NCBI GenBank assembly: GCA_030704615.1
Contig: CM060732.1
Location: forward strand, 12,958,001 to 13,022,000
Origin: Takakia lepidozioides
Taxonomy: Eukaryota > Plantae > Bryophyta
DNA: 64,000 nucleotides
Direction: 5' to 3'
Shown: positions 48,207-62,667 of the stretch, one piece after another
Layout: every line of letters begins with the position of its first letter
Numbering within the stretch: the stretch's first letter is position 1
Made by a program: the position numbers and the translations under genes
Notes under the pieces: generated by a model
Database searches by the model: none
Seen by the model: only the letters and a program-made list of their open reading frames with translations
Told to the model about the DNA's origin: nothing

Positions 48207-51200
48207 TCAGGAAATGGGCAACAGTAAGTAGGGTGCATCATTTTGAATCAACTGGTTGGCGATCTGCTTGTAGACAACACTGGTGGGGTGGAAACTGTCC
48301 CAAAACACATGTGTGGATGCATCTGGGCAAGTTCCAGGAGCTGCCTCGTTGCAAAGAATTGCAACCTCAAGGTACCCAGTTCCACAGCAGGCTCTCCTGC
48401 CCTCCACGTATCCTACAGAAGATAACAACCAAAGACAGAACTTAGAAGAGATTGGGGACGAATATGGGAACAGCGAGAGTCTAACAAGTGCTGTTGTAAG
48501 ATTCATCTTTTGGCCGTTATAGCTGTCTACGGATATCCCCAAATTTAATCACACTTATTCGCAGAAACATGGACGCATTTGAGTGTAGCGGCACATTCTA
48601 ACTGATGAAGAGAACGGAGGAATTATACGAGAAAACAAAAATACTTCCCTCTCGAGAATCTTCTGTAAGATTTCTGCGATTGAACTCCTGTGTGAACAAA
48701 TTTCAAGAACTTGAATCTTAGGAACTATGACGAAGAGAGTGATCAGATCACTTCAAGGGTTCCAATTGGTTTAATATGACCATTTCCATGATGTATACCG
48801 TAGCTCTTCTCAATTGTAATATTGTCCGTCAGAGTGGTCAAATTTGAATGGGATCAGCACGGAAGAAAATGGACACAGTTGGAAGGTGAAGGAGACTTAC
48901 CATAAGCCGTGGGGTTTGTGGAGGCCTCATACAGGTAGGTGTAGATATCCACGTACAACAGTCTGGATCCAGGCATTGAGGGCTTCATCTCTTGAATCAG
49001 TTGGTCTAAACCTTGGTTGAAGTTTTGGGCCGCTTGGTTGAATGCTGGAACGCATTCACCGGTGCCACCACTGTGCAAGGTAATCTGAGAGGGCAGGCAT
49101 CCATTGGGTGGGACACCTAAAACCGCTATTCTGCGCGCCCCAAGATCGTAAAGCTCCTGTTTTTCACATCGCAGATTCCAGATGTGTGAAAATCAGTACG
49201 CAAACCTGGAAACGTCCCTAGCTCTAGTCTCTCTACCTGTGCTGATCCTCGCTGAGCTATATCCATACTAATCCAGGCTAGCCAAACCGAAAATTTCGCA
49301 TGGCAGATGCGAAATAGTGGAGCACAATTCGGATCACCTTTCAATATGGTTCTTGTGGCTGCAAAGTAATTGTCTCCCGTTCTTAACATACATTGCATGG
49401 GCGCTCGTTCTGTTGGCAGTAGAATCCCGCCTGGGTGTGCAGAATCTCGTTTTTTGCTTCAAGATACTATCACCTACTGCTGATAATTCACTGGACGTAT
49501 GGATGCATGTATGCTTTACCTATACGTATCAGCACCAACATGTAACTGCCTGAGTCTAATACGTTCCTCATATGGGAGGAAAACAGGAAAGAGAGTCGAC
49601 GCATCGAACCACACTCACCTGAATGTATTTCCGGGCAAATCCAAGAAGAAGAGCCTGATATTGATCTACAGTGTACTGCTTCATCAGCACAGCGTTGAGA
49701 TAGTAGTTGTTGACATAGTCGTTGGCACCCGTGCTAATAGCGTAGAGAGCGTTACTCAATATATACTTTCCTGTCTCTTGCCCTGCCACTGCTAGGACCT
49801 CCTGCTGGTAATTTCTGTACCACTCGAACTGAGTGGTCAGTCCCTTCACGTTCTGTACCACAAGATCAGCACAATCACGACAAGTGCCCCCACATTACTA
49901 GGTGATGGGAAATATACCGCAAGAGCATAATACGAATGAAGTTGTTCAGCTGCACTTCCACAGTAATCCGCCACATTCTCTCCTTGACGTAGTCTATGAA
50001 TGGGCTAACTCCGGGATGACTCTGCCTTACACCGTGCACCTTGCCTCCTCAACTACTTGTTTAGTTGGTTCAGTTGCATTAACAAGACTACGTTCTAGAC
50101 ATTCATGATTTCCGTGTGGGTGTTTGTCAGCTAACCTGCATCATTTCTTGTGTAAATTGGGACGGTGCATTCCAGTACTGGTGCAGTCCTAACAATCTAT
50201 AACTTTATTACCCAGGACTTAAACTGGCCGGGGAAAAACTGGCATTTGGTAGGCCTTCAAAGCACCAGCGAACTGAATCCTAAAGTGCGGACATCACTAT
50301 GAATGAGTGCACTCGACCCTCCAGGATTAAAACCCACCAGGCATTACTTTTTCCCTATTGCGCATACACTCAGCCTGTACATGTCTGATGTCCAGAAGAT
50401 GGGCGTTTCCTGTGCCATGTCAACAAGGTCGACCTTCAGCTGGACACATCACGGCTAGAACCTCGGATCTCCAAAGTTGAAAGTTTCGATTTGGAAAGAA
50501 TGGTCTTCGACTTTCTAGGGATCAACCATACTTTAGTAGATGGATCAAATCCTAAAAGAGGCGAATGCGCAGTCACTCACAAAATGCACAGCCGTGTCGT
50601 CGTTCCATCCCGAAGCTGATGTTGCAAAATTAATGCCGGTGAGAATTGCCTCGCCTTTGGCATTGGGATCCAGATAAGGAAGTACTGGTGGAACCCCTAT
50701 GTATTCAGCTGCAAGCAAGCCAGCAGATATATATCTCCTTTAACAAAGCCGTGCGGACTGCAAAGATTGCCCTCAGACACACATTGAGAAGGTCACGTGC
50801 AATGCTCGCTGAATTGCACACCGAGAATTTAGGATGATGAGATCCAGCTTCACACATTTAAACCCAAATTTCGATTGTAGTGTATCGGGAACGACGTGGG
50901 GACCTACATTTTGCATACAGCAAAACCTTCAAAACCTCCCGAATATAGGTTGGCAAATTTGTCCAGACATAGAGTGTTCCTAGGTTACGTTTTGTGATTG
51001 GTGGCTCAGTTGGAGGTCGACTGAATAAACCAACGTGGAACGAAAAAGGAGGAACGAGTAGAAACTATGGGAAAGAAAGTTCAGGAATGAAGGATGCTTA
51101 CCAATGTAGTCAGGCACCACTTTCCCATCGCAGAACCTTCCAGTGGGACCGGTTGGGTAGTCCCTACCATAGGGCTTGAAATCGCTCTTCACCACTGTCG

Positions 51201-51351
51201 CAAGGTAATTGTTGTTGCCAACGTCTACTGTTGAGTCTCCAAAAATGACGAGAGCAGGTACAAGTGGTGCCGCACCGAGTGTCTTGCAGAGCATTGCCCC
51301 CACACATATCATTAGCAGGTGACAAAGTCGACAGTCCAATTGAATATACAT
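48207..51351 (-). CDS. GDSL esterase/lipase (SGNH hydrolase), about 357 aa. Exons 51351-51102, 50708-50581, 49852-49619, 49156-48901, 48412-48207
   Basis: Signal-peptide-like N-terminus, [47 protein letters not shown] and FWDSFHPT. Canonical 5-exon GT-AG structure of 1074 nt. Confidence 0.93.
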
Positions 51352-54300
51352 TCTCGCAACTGTGTGGAAAGGAGAAGCGACTCGCAGCTCTCCACTGATG
51401 CTCACACAGAAAGTCCGCCGCTCATTGAACGCAGAGAGGTGTTGCGAGCTCACAGAAGCGAGAACTGTTGAGCTGGCTGGCTCCCTCTAGCTCAATCCGA
51501 CAGATTTCCAGAGATCGACCCCAATAAAAAGGCCAGAACCCAACTCAGTTCTGAAAAAGGTCGCGATACCCAATTTGAGGTGGTAAGAGCTGCAGAGGTG
51601 GAAGGACTCTACGAGCAGACTCCCCTCCCTGGTGAAGCAGACTCAGAAACATTGGCAGAGATGGATTGCCACTGCAGCTATTGAGCAGCGGAATAGTATT
51701 TAAAACCGTCACATCCTTGATGAGGAAGGATAAGACAAAGCGGGAGACCCGTCATAACTGTCTTGGCCACAGTACAAAGCAGCAGCTCTGCACTTTGCAG
51801 TGCAATACAGAGGCCTCATTGTTGCATCCCGAGTGTTTGGCGTGTCTATTTACTGTGTCTGCGGCTTCTACCGTAGCACTGGTTGCTCTTGTTTGAAATC
51901 TGGTTAACCATTAGGGCCTCTTTAGGGATCCTACAACCACATTCGACGTACGCCAATATGGGGGGTACCCACCCCCTTTAGGCTACAGGAAATTTGGAGT
52001 ACCCGCTCAAAGATTTTCTCTGACAATTTAAAGGAGCCAGTACCTCAAATTCCACATATCAAGCTTGCCCAACTGTGTAACCGTCCTCAAATTCTTAAAA
52101 ATACTAAATGCTGTCAAAATTGTGGCCTGTATCATTTGAGGGTCTTCAGACTATGAAAAAAAGGGGTTACCCGCCCCTACCCGGCTGTCAGTGTTTGGGT
52201 TTTCGGGTGGCTTGTAGTGTCTAAAGCCAGTCCAAGGCACTAAGAAGCTCATACCTATCCATGCACAGTAAGGGGAGTTTGTTTGTGGACAGAATAATGC
52301 CCCAGTGATGTGTTGACGTGTTGACCTGGCCAACTACCCACCATGATCGGGCATGGAATTGCAGAGTTGTTGGGTGCTGCAGTAACGCCATGCCAATAAT
52401 TTGTGTGAAAGCCAGGAATCTGGTCCATGTTCTCAAGAAAAACTACCCACCTAGAGTAAAGGTCTGAATTCTGGAATGGATTCCATCTCCTTTCTTCATT
52501 TTTCTTTTTAGCTCAGAAGAGTCCATCACTCTGATGCTGCACTGGCAGTGGGCGGGTGACAATGACAAGTAAATCGAATATTTTGATTTGAAGCGCGCGT
52601 GCTTAATTACTTGGATGGTGTGGTTTGATGGCGGTGGCATCTGAAGGGATCTCATACAAAATCCCAAATGCTTTCTAATGACCCCAAGTTCGGGTAGTTA
52701 CGAGTGAGTCATGAGTGCATGAACTCCACTAAAAGTCTGTTGGATCTGTTAGGACCTTGTGCTTCACAACAAAGGTTAACCGGAGCTATATTTCTGATAT
52801 CCTGCCCCAAGCTGAGTTTCCATTCCAGGCTGTAAAACTGACCCAGAGCTAATCACACAGCAAATTTCACTCTTTTTCCTTGTTTTCTAGGCTAGTCAGA
52901 GTGTAAGGGCTTCCTCCCTTTTCATCAAAAACAGGGGAAAAAAATCAAACCTTTTGAATCCCACTGGGTGGCTTTTACGAGGTATTTAGTATTTAGGGTG
53001 ATGGGCGCGAGGCTTGTGACCACGACCCAACAACCAGTAGGTGACGTGGAAACATCAATTATTGTGTTCTATGTACTATCGTTCTATCCTCCCTTGGTAG
53101 GCTCGCACTTTGACACGGATTTCTTATTGGTTTCTCAACGGAGTCCAAGGCCGCGAAATATGGAGGAACCTTATCTGATCAGCTACCTGTTGCTCTGTTC
53201 TGATGCAACGGACAGGCGAGAGAAATGAGCGTGATAAGGGCCTGCATCACCAGGGTTTCTACAGTCCTCGTGTAGTTTCCAAGTCTTTCTCTTTGTATTT
53301 AATTGGAGACTGGCTGAGACTGGGAGGAGAGTTGGCTGTTTCAAGTTCAGCATCCCAAAACAGCCTCTCTCCCCACCTCCCATGAGCTATACTTAGGGTG
53401 CATGATGGCATAAGCATAGACTACTGTGCAAGGCCTGGCGATAGTACATAATAACCAGGAAGGACACATTAATGCAATTGGCTGTTTCTTAGCAAGAGGC
53501 CTATGAGTTTAGCTATTCTAAGATCATTCCCGACGGCTAGCCATGGAGACTAAACATCTAAAATAAGAAATGGAGCCAGATACTTTAATGCTTATGAACT
53601 TTATTGCATAAGAGGACAAAAGTGAAAGCCCTGAGGCCATTAGGCATCCACATCAAAGATGATGAGGAATGGCAACCACCAGGCAAGGACCATCCCTGTC
53701 AGCAAGACATACAAAGGGCCAAGCAGAGCAGCATTCAATGTCTTTCTGGCGTGGGAAGCAGCAGCGTTGAATTGCAAAGGCCCAGTGCAGTCCAGGAAGA
53801 AATTTCTACTTTGAGAAATTTGAATTCTGTACCAGTTGGTTACGTACAAACTACAAACGGGATGGTTGAGTCCTCAATTACCCAACAGTTTTTCAGTAAA
53901 CTTATACAAGCTATGTGGACCGCTCCACAACCATGTTTTTATCAGACATCATTTATTTCAGTCAATTTCTAAAAAGTAAAAGGGGAACATGCTTTTTCAA
54001 TCATGTTTTTACTCTGATGAAAATCCTAAACTCTGCTATTTTTAATGCCCTCGAGAATTTTGGGGTTCTTTTACAGCCCCAAGGGGCATTGAAGGGTTGG
54101 TGGAAGGAAGACAAACAGAAAGAGTTTATTTTTAGGATCTCGAACAACAATCATTTGTTTATAAAAGCGGTCAATGCTGCCAGTCATGATGTCAACTAAC
54201 TGGCCAGCAGAGTCTGTTTAAGTAAACGTTTGGTGGAACTGAATAGCCTAAAAGTCAGCAACGAAGTCCTACGGTAAGTTCAAGTTCGCATGATTGTTGC

Positions 54301-56035
54301 ACTATGAAACTTGAAACCTCCCCGGGCTGACTCACTCTCAACACTTTGCATATAATTTAATACAATAGACATTGACATCGGGAAAACACAAGGGCGGCAG
54401 GAACTTCACTTGTCTGAAAAATATGGCTGAGTAACGCAAATTTTCAATGTCAGAGCAAAAGCTGGACTGTGATATTCTAGGGCGAAAACGTGGAATATGT
54501 GGAATGGGTTCTTCCAGATAGGAAGCTACTCAAATTTACAAAGGAAATGTTCAGCCAGGTTTCCCTGAAGGGTAAAGAGGGGGCTGGAGAGTACCGCATG
54601 GCCGAGTAGAAGCTGTACAAGCGGTGAGCTAGAGATAAATACCGCTGCCAAACGTAGGATTGGATACCCACCGACAGGGGGTAGTCAATGCAGAAACAAT
54701 CATGCAAATTTATCCACCATTGCATTGCTGAGATTGTAACAACGTTCGATCAAAGACAATCTCAGCTTCAAACACAGAGAGGAGGGGAGTCCTGGGGGAA
54801 GGCTTGCACAGGCAATGCACACATGGAGAAACCATTCTAGTCAAAAGCAGTCATGGGCTACAGCCTACAGAGGCATGGAATCATAGGCTAGAGTAGCAGG
54901 CCTTGCGAGGTGGTAGATAATAATAGGTGATGAAGGAGGGGGACAGGGAACACATTAATGCAATTGCTATTTCTGAGCAAGAGGTCTTAATTACAGTACT
55001 TTGGCAAGAATGTTTGAGTTCATTTTCAGCCTGTTACCGCACATCCCATTTACTGTAAATAGTTCAGTTCTCTCTCTACATTACTATCGGAATGCTCATG
55101 GCCTCCCTAATCCAGATAGCCAAATCTTTCCCCAAGACAGATCATCCAGGGTGAACTGAATACTCTCGCTATCGTCCACCAAGTCCCTAAAGTACCTCCT
55201 GGTTAGTTACATTGCAGTGTCAGCCGATAAAGCCCTACAGAGCCATTGATCTGGGAGATCTAGGCAAGCATGTACACTTGTGGAAACGGATACATAGGTG
55301 TCCTGGGTGCTTCTGCTTTCCTGCGGTTCGGAGTTAACTACTTAATTAGAAACCTTCAGACTTACATTTAATTGGTATCAGTACTTGCATTTGGAAATGG
55401 GTGAATGAGAAAAGTGGCAGACGGTCTTTTTATCTTCTTCCGAGCCTCTGAAGACTTGTACGGTCAGCTACCTGGTTAACTATTAGAGCTCGGAGCAATG
55501 AAAGAGCAACCATTAGTAGAGCTTCACACATAACCAGGGTGCAGGTAGATCTAAGATTAACAGAGACAAGTGTAATAACTAAGCGTTAACTAATATGAAA
55601 ATATAATATACTTAGTTTTATTGTTCAAGAAGGCTGGAAATGCCGGAAATTACCATGCGCATTGCGACTAATGTCTGCTTGAGTGTTTTTTGCTCGCATG
55701 CATTTTGGATATGGGGGTGCCATTAACAATCACATGCAACTATAAATTGGGAAGTTTATGGAGTAGCGAGTATGCCAGCTTAACATTGTTTATGGAGCAT
55801 GTGGGGTAATTTATGTAGTCGCGGTCGACATGTGTGGTAGTATCTGAGTGTTGGTATACGTAGTGAATATGAGCAGCGGTTCACATATGCTGAAAACTAG
55901 GGAATGAAAATTGAATGCAAATACACATGTAAGTATAGATGAATGAGTCAACATTTCTCGAACAAAGAAGGGAGCGCCATCCAATTTGTAACATTTATCC
56001 TTTGTAAATTGGAAGGGACTTTTGACAATTAGGGC

Positions 56036-56531
56036 TGTGATGGCCAGATTCTGTCTTCCTACATATTCTCCTTAGGATGAATGTAGTTGGATGATATCAA
56101 TGGATGGATGGCCGTTAGGAAAGCAAGGATGAAGACAGCTGGCAGATCTATTATTAGACTAAGCTGTCTTATACTAAACAGCTAGCTTATCCTAAAGCAG
56201 TGACGACGTGGCGTCCTATCTGGTTGAGTATCTGGACATAATCCGCTTGGCCAATCACAAGTGGTCACTCTGTCTGATAAGATTAGCCTATTGGCTTTAT
56301 TTAAGGGATCACCTGGAAGCCTAAGGGACCGGTGTACTTTCAGTGTGCTTAAGATTGTGTACGAGTGAGTGACGGCGCTGGATGAATGTGTGATGCAGTG
56401 AAATACCTAGGCTCCTCATCGTGAAGATCCCTCCTTCCTAGCAGGCACGCTATACCAAGCTAACATCCCCGTTACTAGCACATACTGCAGAGGAGTGGAA
56501 TAAACCCGGTGGTGCAGAATCTGGCTTTACA
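56036..56531. mobile_element. Solo-LTR-like element
   Basis: TGTGATGGCCAGATTCTG...CAGAATCTGGCTTTACA, flanked by GGGC on both sides (4 bp). Internal CCAAT and TATTTAA motifs. Confidence 0.5.
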
Positions 56532-59500
56532 GGGCAGAGGTGACAATTAGCCAGATTTTAGTCTGAGCAATGGGAGACGATTCTGAGTTCTAAAGTTTCA
56601 GTAAAGGCGTACCTCTCCACTGACCGCCTGGGCTGTACTCTTGGCAAATGAGACTTCCTCTACAATCTTTCATTTCCTTGTGATAATTTTCACTTTGTTC
56701 ATGTGGGGCCCCAATAACTCGAATAGACATAGTCACATATCGGAGGACGGTGGTTCAGATTACACCATCGAATGGATTGACTACAGTTCTGTAATGGAGA
56801 AACTGGCTGGAAACCGCGGCAAGTATTCGCAACTATGTGCATGCACTGGCCTGTAGTGGTCTAGTTTACCCATAGTAGCTTTGATGTCCTATATACAGGC
56901 ATATCCATTTCTTACAGCGGCAAAGAGAAACCCAAAACAGAAGAAACAACGTCTCATTTAGTGCCCAGAAGACTGTGTTGGCAATGTAAGACAATCTTTC
57001 ACATGGCTGTACACTCAGTTTGCTTACCGAGATTATAGAAATGCATCTTGAATGGCATGTCCTACTTCACTACCAACCCATTAACATGAAAGACCTCTCT
57101 CATCTTTTTAGCAGCTTTATACACAAATTGACGTTGTCAGAAGCCCCACCGGTTGCTGAACCAACCAATGAAACCAAATCTTGTCATGCCCTTTGAACCG
57201 CCACTTGAATCCTCTTATATATCGGGAGTGTGTGCAAGTCGCCTGCCCATGTATGGGACAACAATTGTCTAATTCAGAGTATTGACATAAGTAGGTCTAG
57301 GCGTGCAAATTTTACAAATAGCCGGCGATACCTACCACATAAGCTTTGGTAATATTCCAATTACGTTGGACTGGAGTTATCTGTTTTACAAAGCTGCCAC
57401 CTTTCTGAAATTTGGTATGCGATGCTGCTTCATAGCTGCAATGTTTCTTCCTCGCTTTTTCTCACACTTGGGTTGACAAAGCAGTGCATTTCTTTTTTGT
57501 CACCCCTGGAAAGCTACTCCAATAGTGACAATAAATCTCCATAGGTTTCGACTCCCCGGCACTTCCGTAAGATATTTGTGCTAACCTGCAAACACAACAA
57601 AGTTGGAGCCTCATCATACATCCCTCCAGCAATGAAGTCCATGAAACCATTGCACCTCAAAACAGAGAGCTTTGACAGTAGCATTCCACTGTGACAGTTA
57701 ACCCTGCCATCCCATGAAAATAGAGGCCGCATGCTGTTGTCCGTTCAGGGACTGCCTGATGGCATAGGAATTATGTTCGTGTACACGTCTACCAGCAACC
57801 TATTTTCGCCAAGCTGCTTTGACAGTCAGTTGTAAACGAGCCCATCACATGCTCTTAAGCGGTGCACGCCTCTCGGCAACACACCTCTAGAGCAGCGAGA
57901 ACAAATTTGCCTCTGAAGCTGGCCGTATCCTAAAGTTGCTGAGTTTTACAGAAGGGGAGAGGCTAAGCACGGTGACAGCCGTGTTCCTGTCACTGTCACA
58001 AATCTTTTTCTTTTGTTTCTCTTTCTTTGTTTCACAATCACTCTAGCAAGTTTTTATTTTTGGCTTTGGTTTTGTTTCCTCTCTCATGTTTTCTTCCATT
58101 TTGTCCAATAAGCTCTATGAGCTTTCCGCGGACGTTATAAAGCACCATTTCATTTCATTGCATTTCTCTTCTATTTTTGTTTGGCTATTTCAGGACTCAG
58201 AAATTAGTCTCATTTTTCCTGTCTCATTCTCTTTAAAGTGGACTAGGTAGGGAAAACTTGACTATCAAGTTTGTTTGCCAAATTCCTAAAGGCTCACTAC
58301 ATACTAAGGTTCTCAGCTGCTATGACATGAAGTCCAACTCCCTTGGATAATTAATAAGCCTACAGAGAGTGGGGTGAATGGGGTGCTCCTCAGTGTAGTG
58401 ATCATCTGGGATTGCTAAGACTAATTGCTCGCCACTAAGCACGATGATTTTCTTTTTCTATGTAACTGCTAATGTACTTCTACTCTTAACAAATATTAAA
58501 CCTAGAGAGTGACTTTTGAGAATTAATCCTAATCGCGGTGAGGATCTCCAATGTTTCACCTCCCATCAAACTCGGGACTCAGCTTCAAAGCGAGTAATGC
58601 CAACGATGCCAAATGGTGATCCCGAAATAGAGATGCTCGAGGTTCAAAGAGTAGGGCATATTTGGGGGAAATGTTCAACTTCGTTTCTTGGACAATTTGC
58701 CTCATTTCAGGTCAGATAGATCAATTGTTCTTACTAAGTTTAGTTCAACTCGCAGTTTTTCAAACAAGGTTCTGACCCAATGGTTTAATGAGAATGTCCA
58801 CCAGTTGATCTGCCGAATGATTTCCAATTCTCCTCCTATGACTTTTTCCCTAATGAAGTGGTGACAGATTTATATGTGCTTCGTTCTATCGTGAAAGACT
58901 GGATTTTTGGATAGCTTGATTGCACTTTAGTTGTTGCACATCATATGTGCGGGTTATTTCTCATCCAGGAATTGTAGCTCTAAAAGAAGTCTCCTTGGCA
59001 CAGCTAGTCATAGCCATGTGTACTTAGGCTTTTGTGGAAGACAGAGCCGTGCATGGCTGTTTTCTACTCCCCCAGGAAATGGGACATGAACCCAGTCGGA
59101 ACAGATATCCTGTGGTGGACTTCCGATCATTGACGTCGCCGGCCCAATTTGCATCTAAATATCCACTGAGAATGCTTGTCTCCCCTCACTGGTAACAAAT
59201 CCCCAAGTCCACAGTTCCTTTGATGTATCTGAACATATGTTTGATGGCGTCCATGTGTGGGGTTTGAGGCTGGTTTGAGAATCTACTGACCATATTTACG
59301 GCGAAGGAAATATCCGGCCATAAATATGAAGTTAACTTTCCAACCATCTGTTGATAGAGTTGGGTGTTGACAGCCAGTGCTCCAATGTCGATCTTGAGTT
59401 TGAGACCAGGGGGCATTGGTGTGACTGCTGCATTGCACTACCCATATCTTGCGTAGCCCCCGTGAGTCACAATGTTCCCTTTAGGTCGAAAGAAATACTC

Positions 59501-61437
59501 AAGCCCAAGAGAGTGCTTTATTAGACCCATGTCTGTCATCTCGAAATGTTTCTTGATCTCCGACCGTGTCCATTACAGTTTGTTGTCGTGGTTGCCATAA
59601 AGATAGACATCATCTACATACATCATGAGTTTAATCCATAGGTTCCAAATGACAAATCAATTTGTCAATGTAAGTAGACCATTATAATGTCCATAAAAGT
59701 AAGTACCAATACTCAAAATTTAGATCAATTGCACAAGTGCACATGTTTAATACGGTTGAAAAGGCAGTCCACAAAATCCGGTTTCAAATAGCTCGAACAT
59801 GATGTATCTATTTTGTAATCCAACAATTGGTACATGTATATATTACATTTGACAATTCTGAACCATGTACAATTGCATGAAATAGTGAGTATTTAGAAAA
59901 ATATGGGTGGTACCGGGGACCATGGTACTATAAAATTAGTACGATGAAGTCCATTTTCATCCACCCTACCCTACATTCACCCTTCTTACAAGATGGTAAG
60001 TTTGTGAGCGTTTAGGTATTATTGTCATGTATTGATGCCATCTGCTCCTCCATGGCTTGGACCCATCTCTGATTTGAAGCTGTTTCAGAGAAGGTTGCAT
60101 GCTTGTAAAAGGTTATGAGGTCCAATTCGGTATTGAAGATAAAACGGCATTTCAATTTGGTCAACGATGTCCTGGATCGAGGGGAAAGGGCGTAGGTATG
60201 GCTAGGAGGACGTAAGTTTTCCTGCAAATGACTTGACCTACTAGAGTTGTTTAAAGATGGATGTGAAAGTGGTATGCTAGGAGTGTCGTGAGGACCTGCA
60301 GTAGATTGAGAGTTGGCAAGTATTTGGGAGTCACGGGGTCTTAACTCAAAACCAAGACTGGCATGAGACATAATCCTCGACGGTCCATCCAGTAATGGAG
60401 TGATTGGGTTGTCGGAGTATGTAGAATGAGTGTGGTTGTTTGTGCCAGGATGGTCTTGCGATTTGTTTCCCCGTATATCATTGTATGTTTCATCAGTTCA
60501 CTCAAGAGTCGGGATACCTTTGCCCTAGAATACTGATATTAGGTCCCTTCTTTGAGGTGGGCATCTTCTCGGATTATTATCATTCTCATCTTGGGGTGGT
60601 AGCATTGATAGTCTTTAGCATCATAGCCCAAAAAGACTCAAAGAAGGGATTTAGGATCTAGCTTTTTTCGCCTCTCATCAGGAATGTGAACATGTGCAAT
60701 GCTCCCAAAGATTCTTAGTTTGATCAATTCACCATAAAATCGTTCGTCTAGGGTCATACCTTGATTGGCACCTTGATTAGCCTTGGTGGGAGACATATTT
60801 GTAAGCTGGTTTGCAATGTTCAGGGCCTCAATCTACAAATATTTTTGCACACCCATTAATTCATACACCATATATGGCCCTCGCTTTCTCTATTATGATT
60901 CAATTCTTCCATTCTGCAACATTGTTTTGATATGAGGTGTAGGATTGAGTTATTTGTCTGTTGGTTCTCTGTTCATCACAAATTGACATGAAATTCTCAG
61001 AAAGATACTTCCTCGATCACTTCTGAGGCATTTGATTCTCTTGCGAGTGAGATTCTCCACAATTGCTTCAAATTTCTTAAAGTAAGAAAATGCTTGAAGC
61101 TCCTGCTTCAAGAAGTAGACCTATCCCTTCCAGCTGTGATCATCGATGAATGTCAAGAAGTATTGTGCCCCACTATGTGATTTGCAGAATGCGGACCACA
61201 TATGGCAGAGTGTATGAGTTCAATATCTGAGCAACTCTATGTGTTGCTTGTTTTAGAGTCATTTCTTAATGTTATTTCTCCTCCATGCATCCCTAATAGA
61301 TGTGTGAAGATAGATCGATTGGAGATTCGGAGGTATGCTAGTGGCCAGGCCCTTTGCGGAAAAGAAGTGTACACTTGGAGAGTTAAGTGTCCAAGTCTAT
61401 GGTATCATAGCCAAGAAGGATCTTCGCAAACTAAGCA

Positions 61438-61603
61438 GAGAGATAAGACTCCGGCCGAAGCCGGCGTAACTAAGAGCCACTTCGCCTCACGGCTACTGCA
61501 CCCTTTTGGGGGTGGGCCCTATAAAAGAAACGGGTGTCCAGGGGACACCGGGTAACCAGGGGGAAGTAGTAGATATGATAGCAGTACCTAGGGTACCTAG
61601 GAT
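61438..61603 (-). mobile_element. Short retroposed insert with a structured 3' module
   Basis: 12-bp TSD GCAAACTAAGCA (61426-61437, 61604-61615) inside copia pol. Several hairpins; module is homologous in structure to 42941-43024. Confidence 0.8.
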
Positions 61604-62337
61604 GCAAACTAAGCAAATTGAGTTGATATTCTTTGCTACAAAGTGTATTTGGTAATTATGTATAGCCCAGTTGTTTGGTCCCACGTCGTTAGTCTCTCAT
61701 AAGCAAACATTGGTTGTCATTAAAGATCAAGATTAGGCAGATATCCCACTCAGAGCAAATTCTGGGTGAGATCCAGCACGTAGAGAATATTATCAATATT
61801 TATTTCCCCATTTCTAAAAGAAGATTTGTAGTGCCTTCGCCCTCAATGGCATGAGGTTCTCCTCCCGCATTCTTAACATGTGAGTGCGTGATCTCTGGGG
61901 GAGCTATTAAATGAAACGTTGTTTTCTCCTCTGCTACATGCCTAGATGCACCTGGGTCGACGTACCAATCTATCTCATTCACCTCTTTCATTGGTGGATT
62001 TGCTCTGGTTGATCGATCTAACTTCTACTGTGACGTTGGCCTACGGACGATGCACAATATTGCAGTGCTCTTGAGCTCTCTTTGCCATCTCATTTGCCAG
62101 CTCGGAATAGCTCTGCATGAGGTGTCCCATGCCACCGCTGATTCTAAAAGTTGCATGGTCCAATTTTTTTTTTGTCATTCGATGTCTAGAAGTATTTATT
62201 TGATTTGCTCCTAAATTGACGTTGACATTGGTAATCAGAATGTTGAAAAGAGTGATTCATCATTCTTCCCATGAGAGCTTCGGAGTTGTCACTTCCTCCC
62301 ATCGTCTTGGCTCTAAATATGCGAGTCTGCTTTCTTC

Positions 62338-62667
62338 CCAGGGGAAATCACTTCCATTTTTTTACAAAGGGCGTGCAAAAAAATATAGGGTAACATATAT
62401 TCTTTGAAGATAAAATTTACAATATTTTTAGAAATAAAATTAGGTGTCCTTATTTGTGGATACCGGATTTAAATAAAAATAGGGTTATGAATATATGCTT
62501 ACAGTCCAATATTTAAAAAAAATAGCATGCTAGATAATTGTGCATATTACAAAATTAAATAATTATAGGGTGGATGAAAAAAGGGGAAAAAAAAATTAAT
62601 ACCCCCATAGAAAACACCTGTTTATCGCACATGATTCCCTAAACTATATAAGGAGTGATCTCCCCGA
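62338..62667. mobile_element. Mutator-like (MULE) MITE in copia gag
   Basis: 9-bp TSD GCTTTCTTC (62329-62337, 62668-62676) and TIR core GGGGA(A/G)ATCACT. Removal restores the gag reading QQEESRL. Confidence 0.75.

Noticed and set aside
48601-48640. CTGATGA...GAAA hammerhead-like core
   Set aside because: No stem II or flanking helices can be formed.
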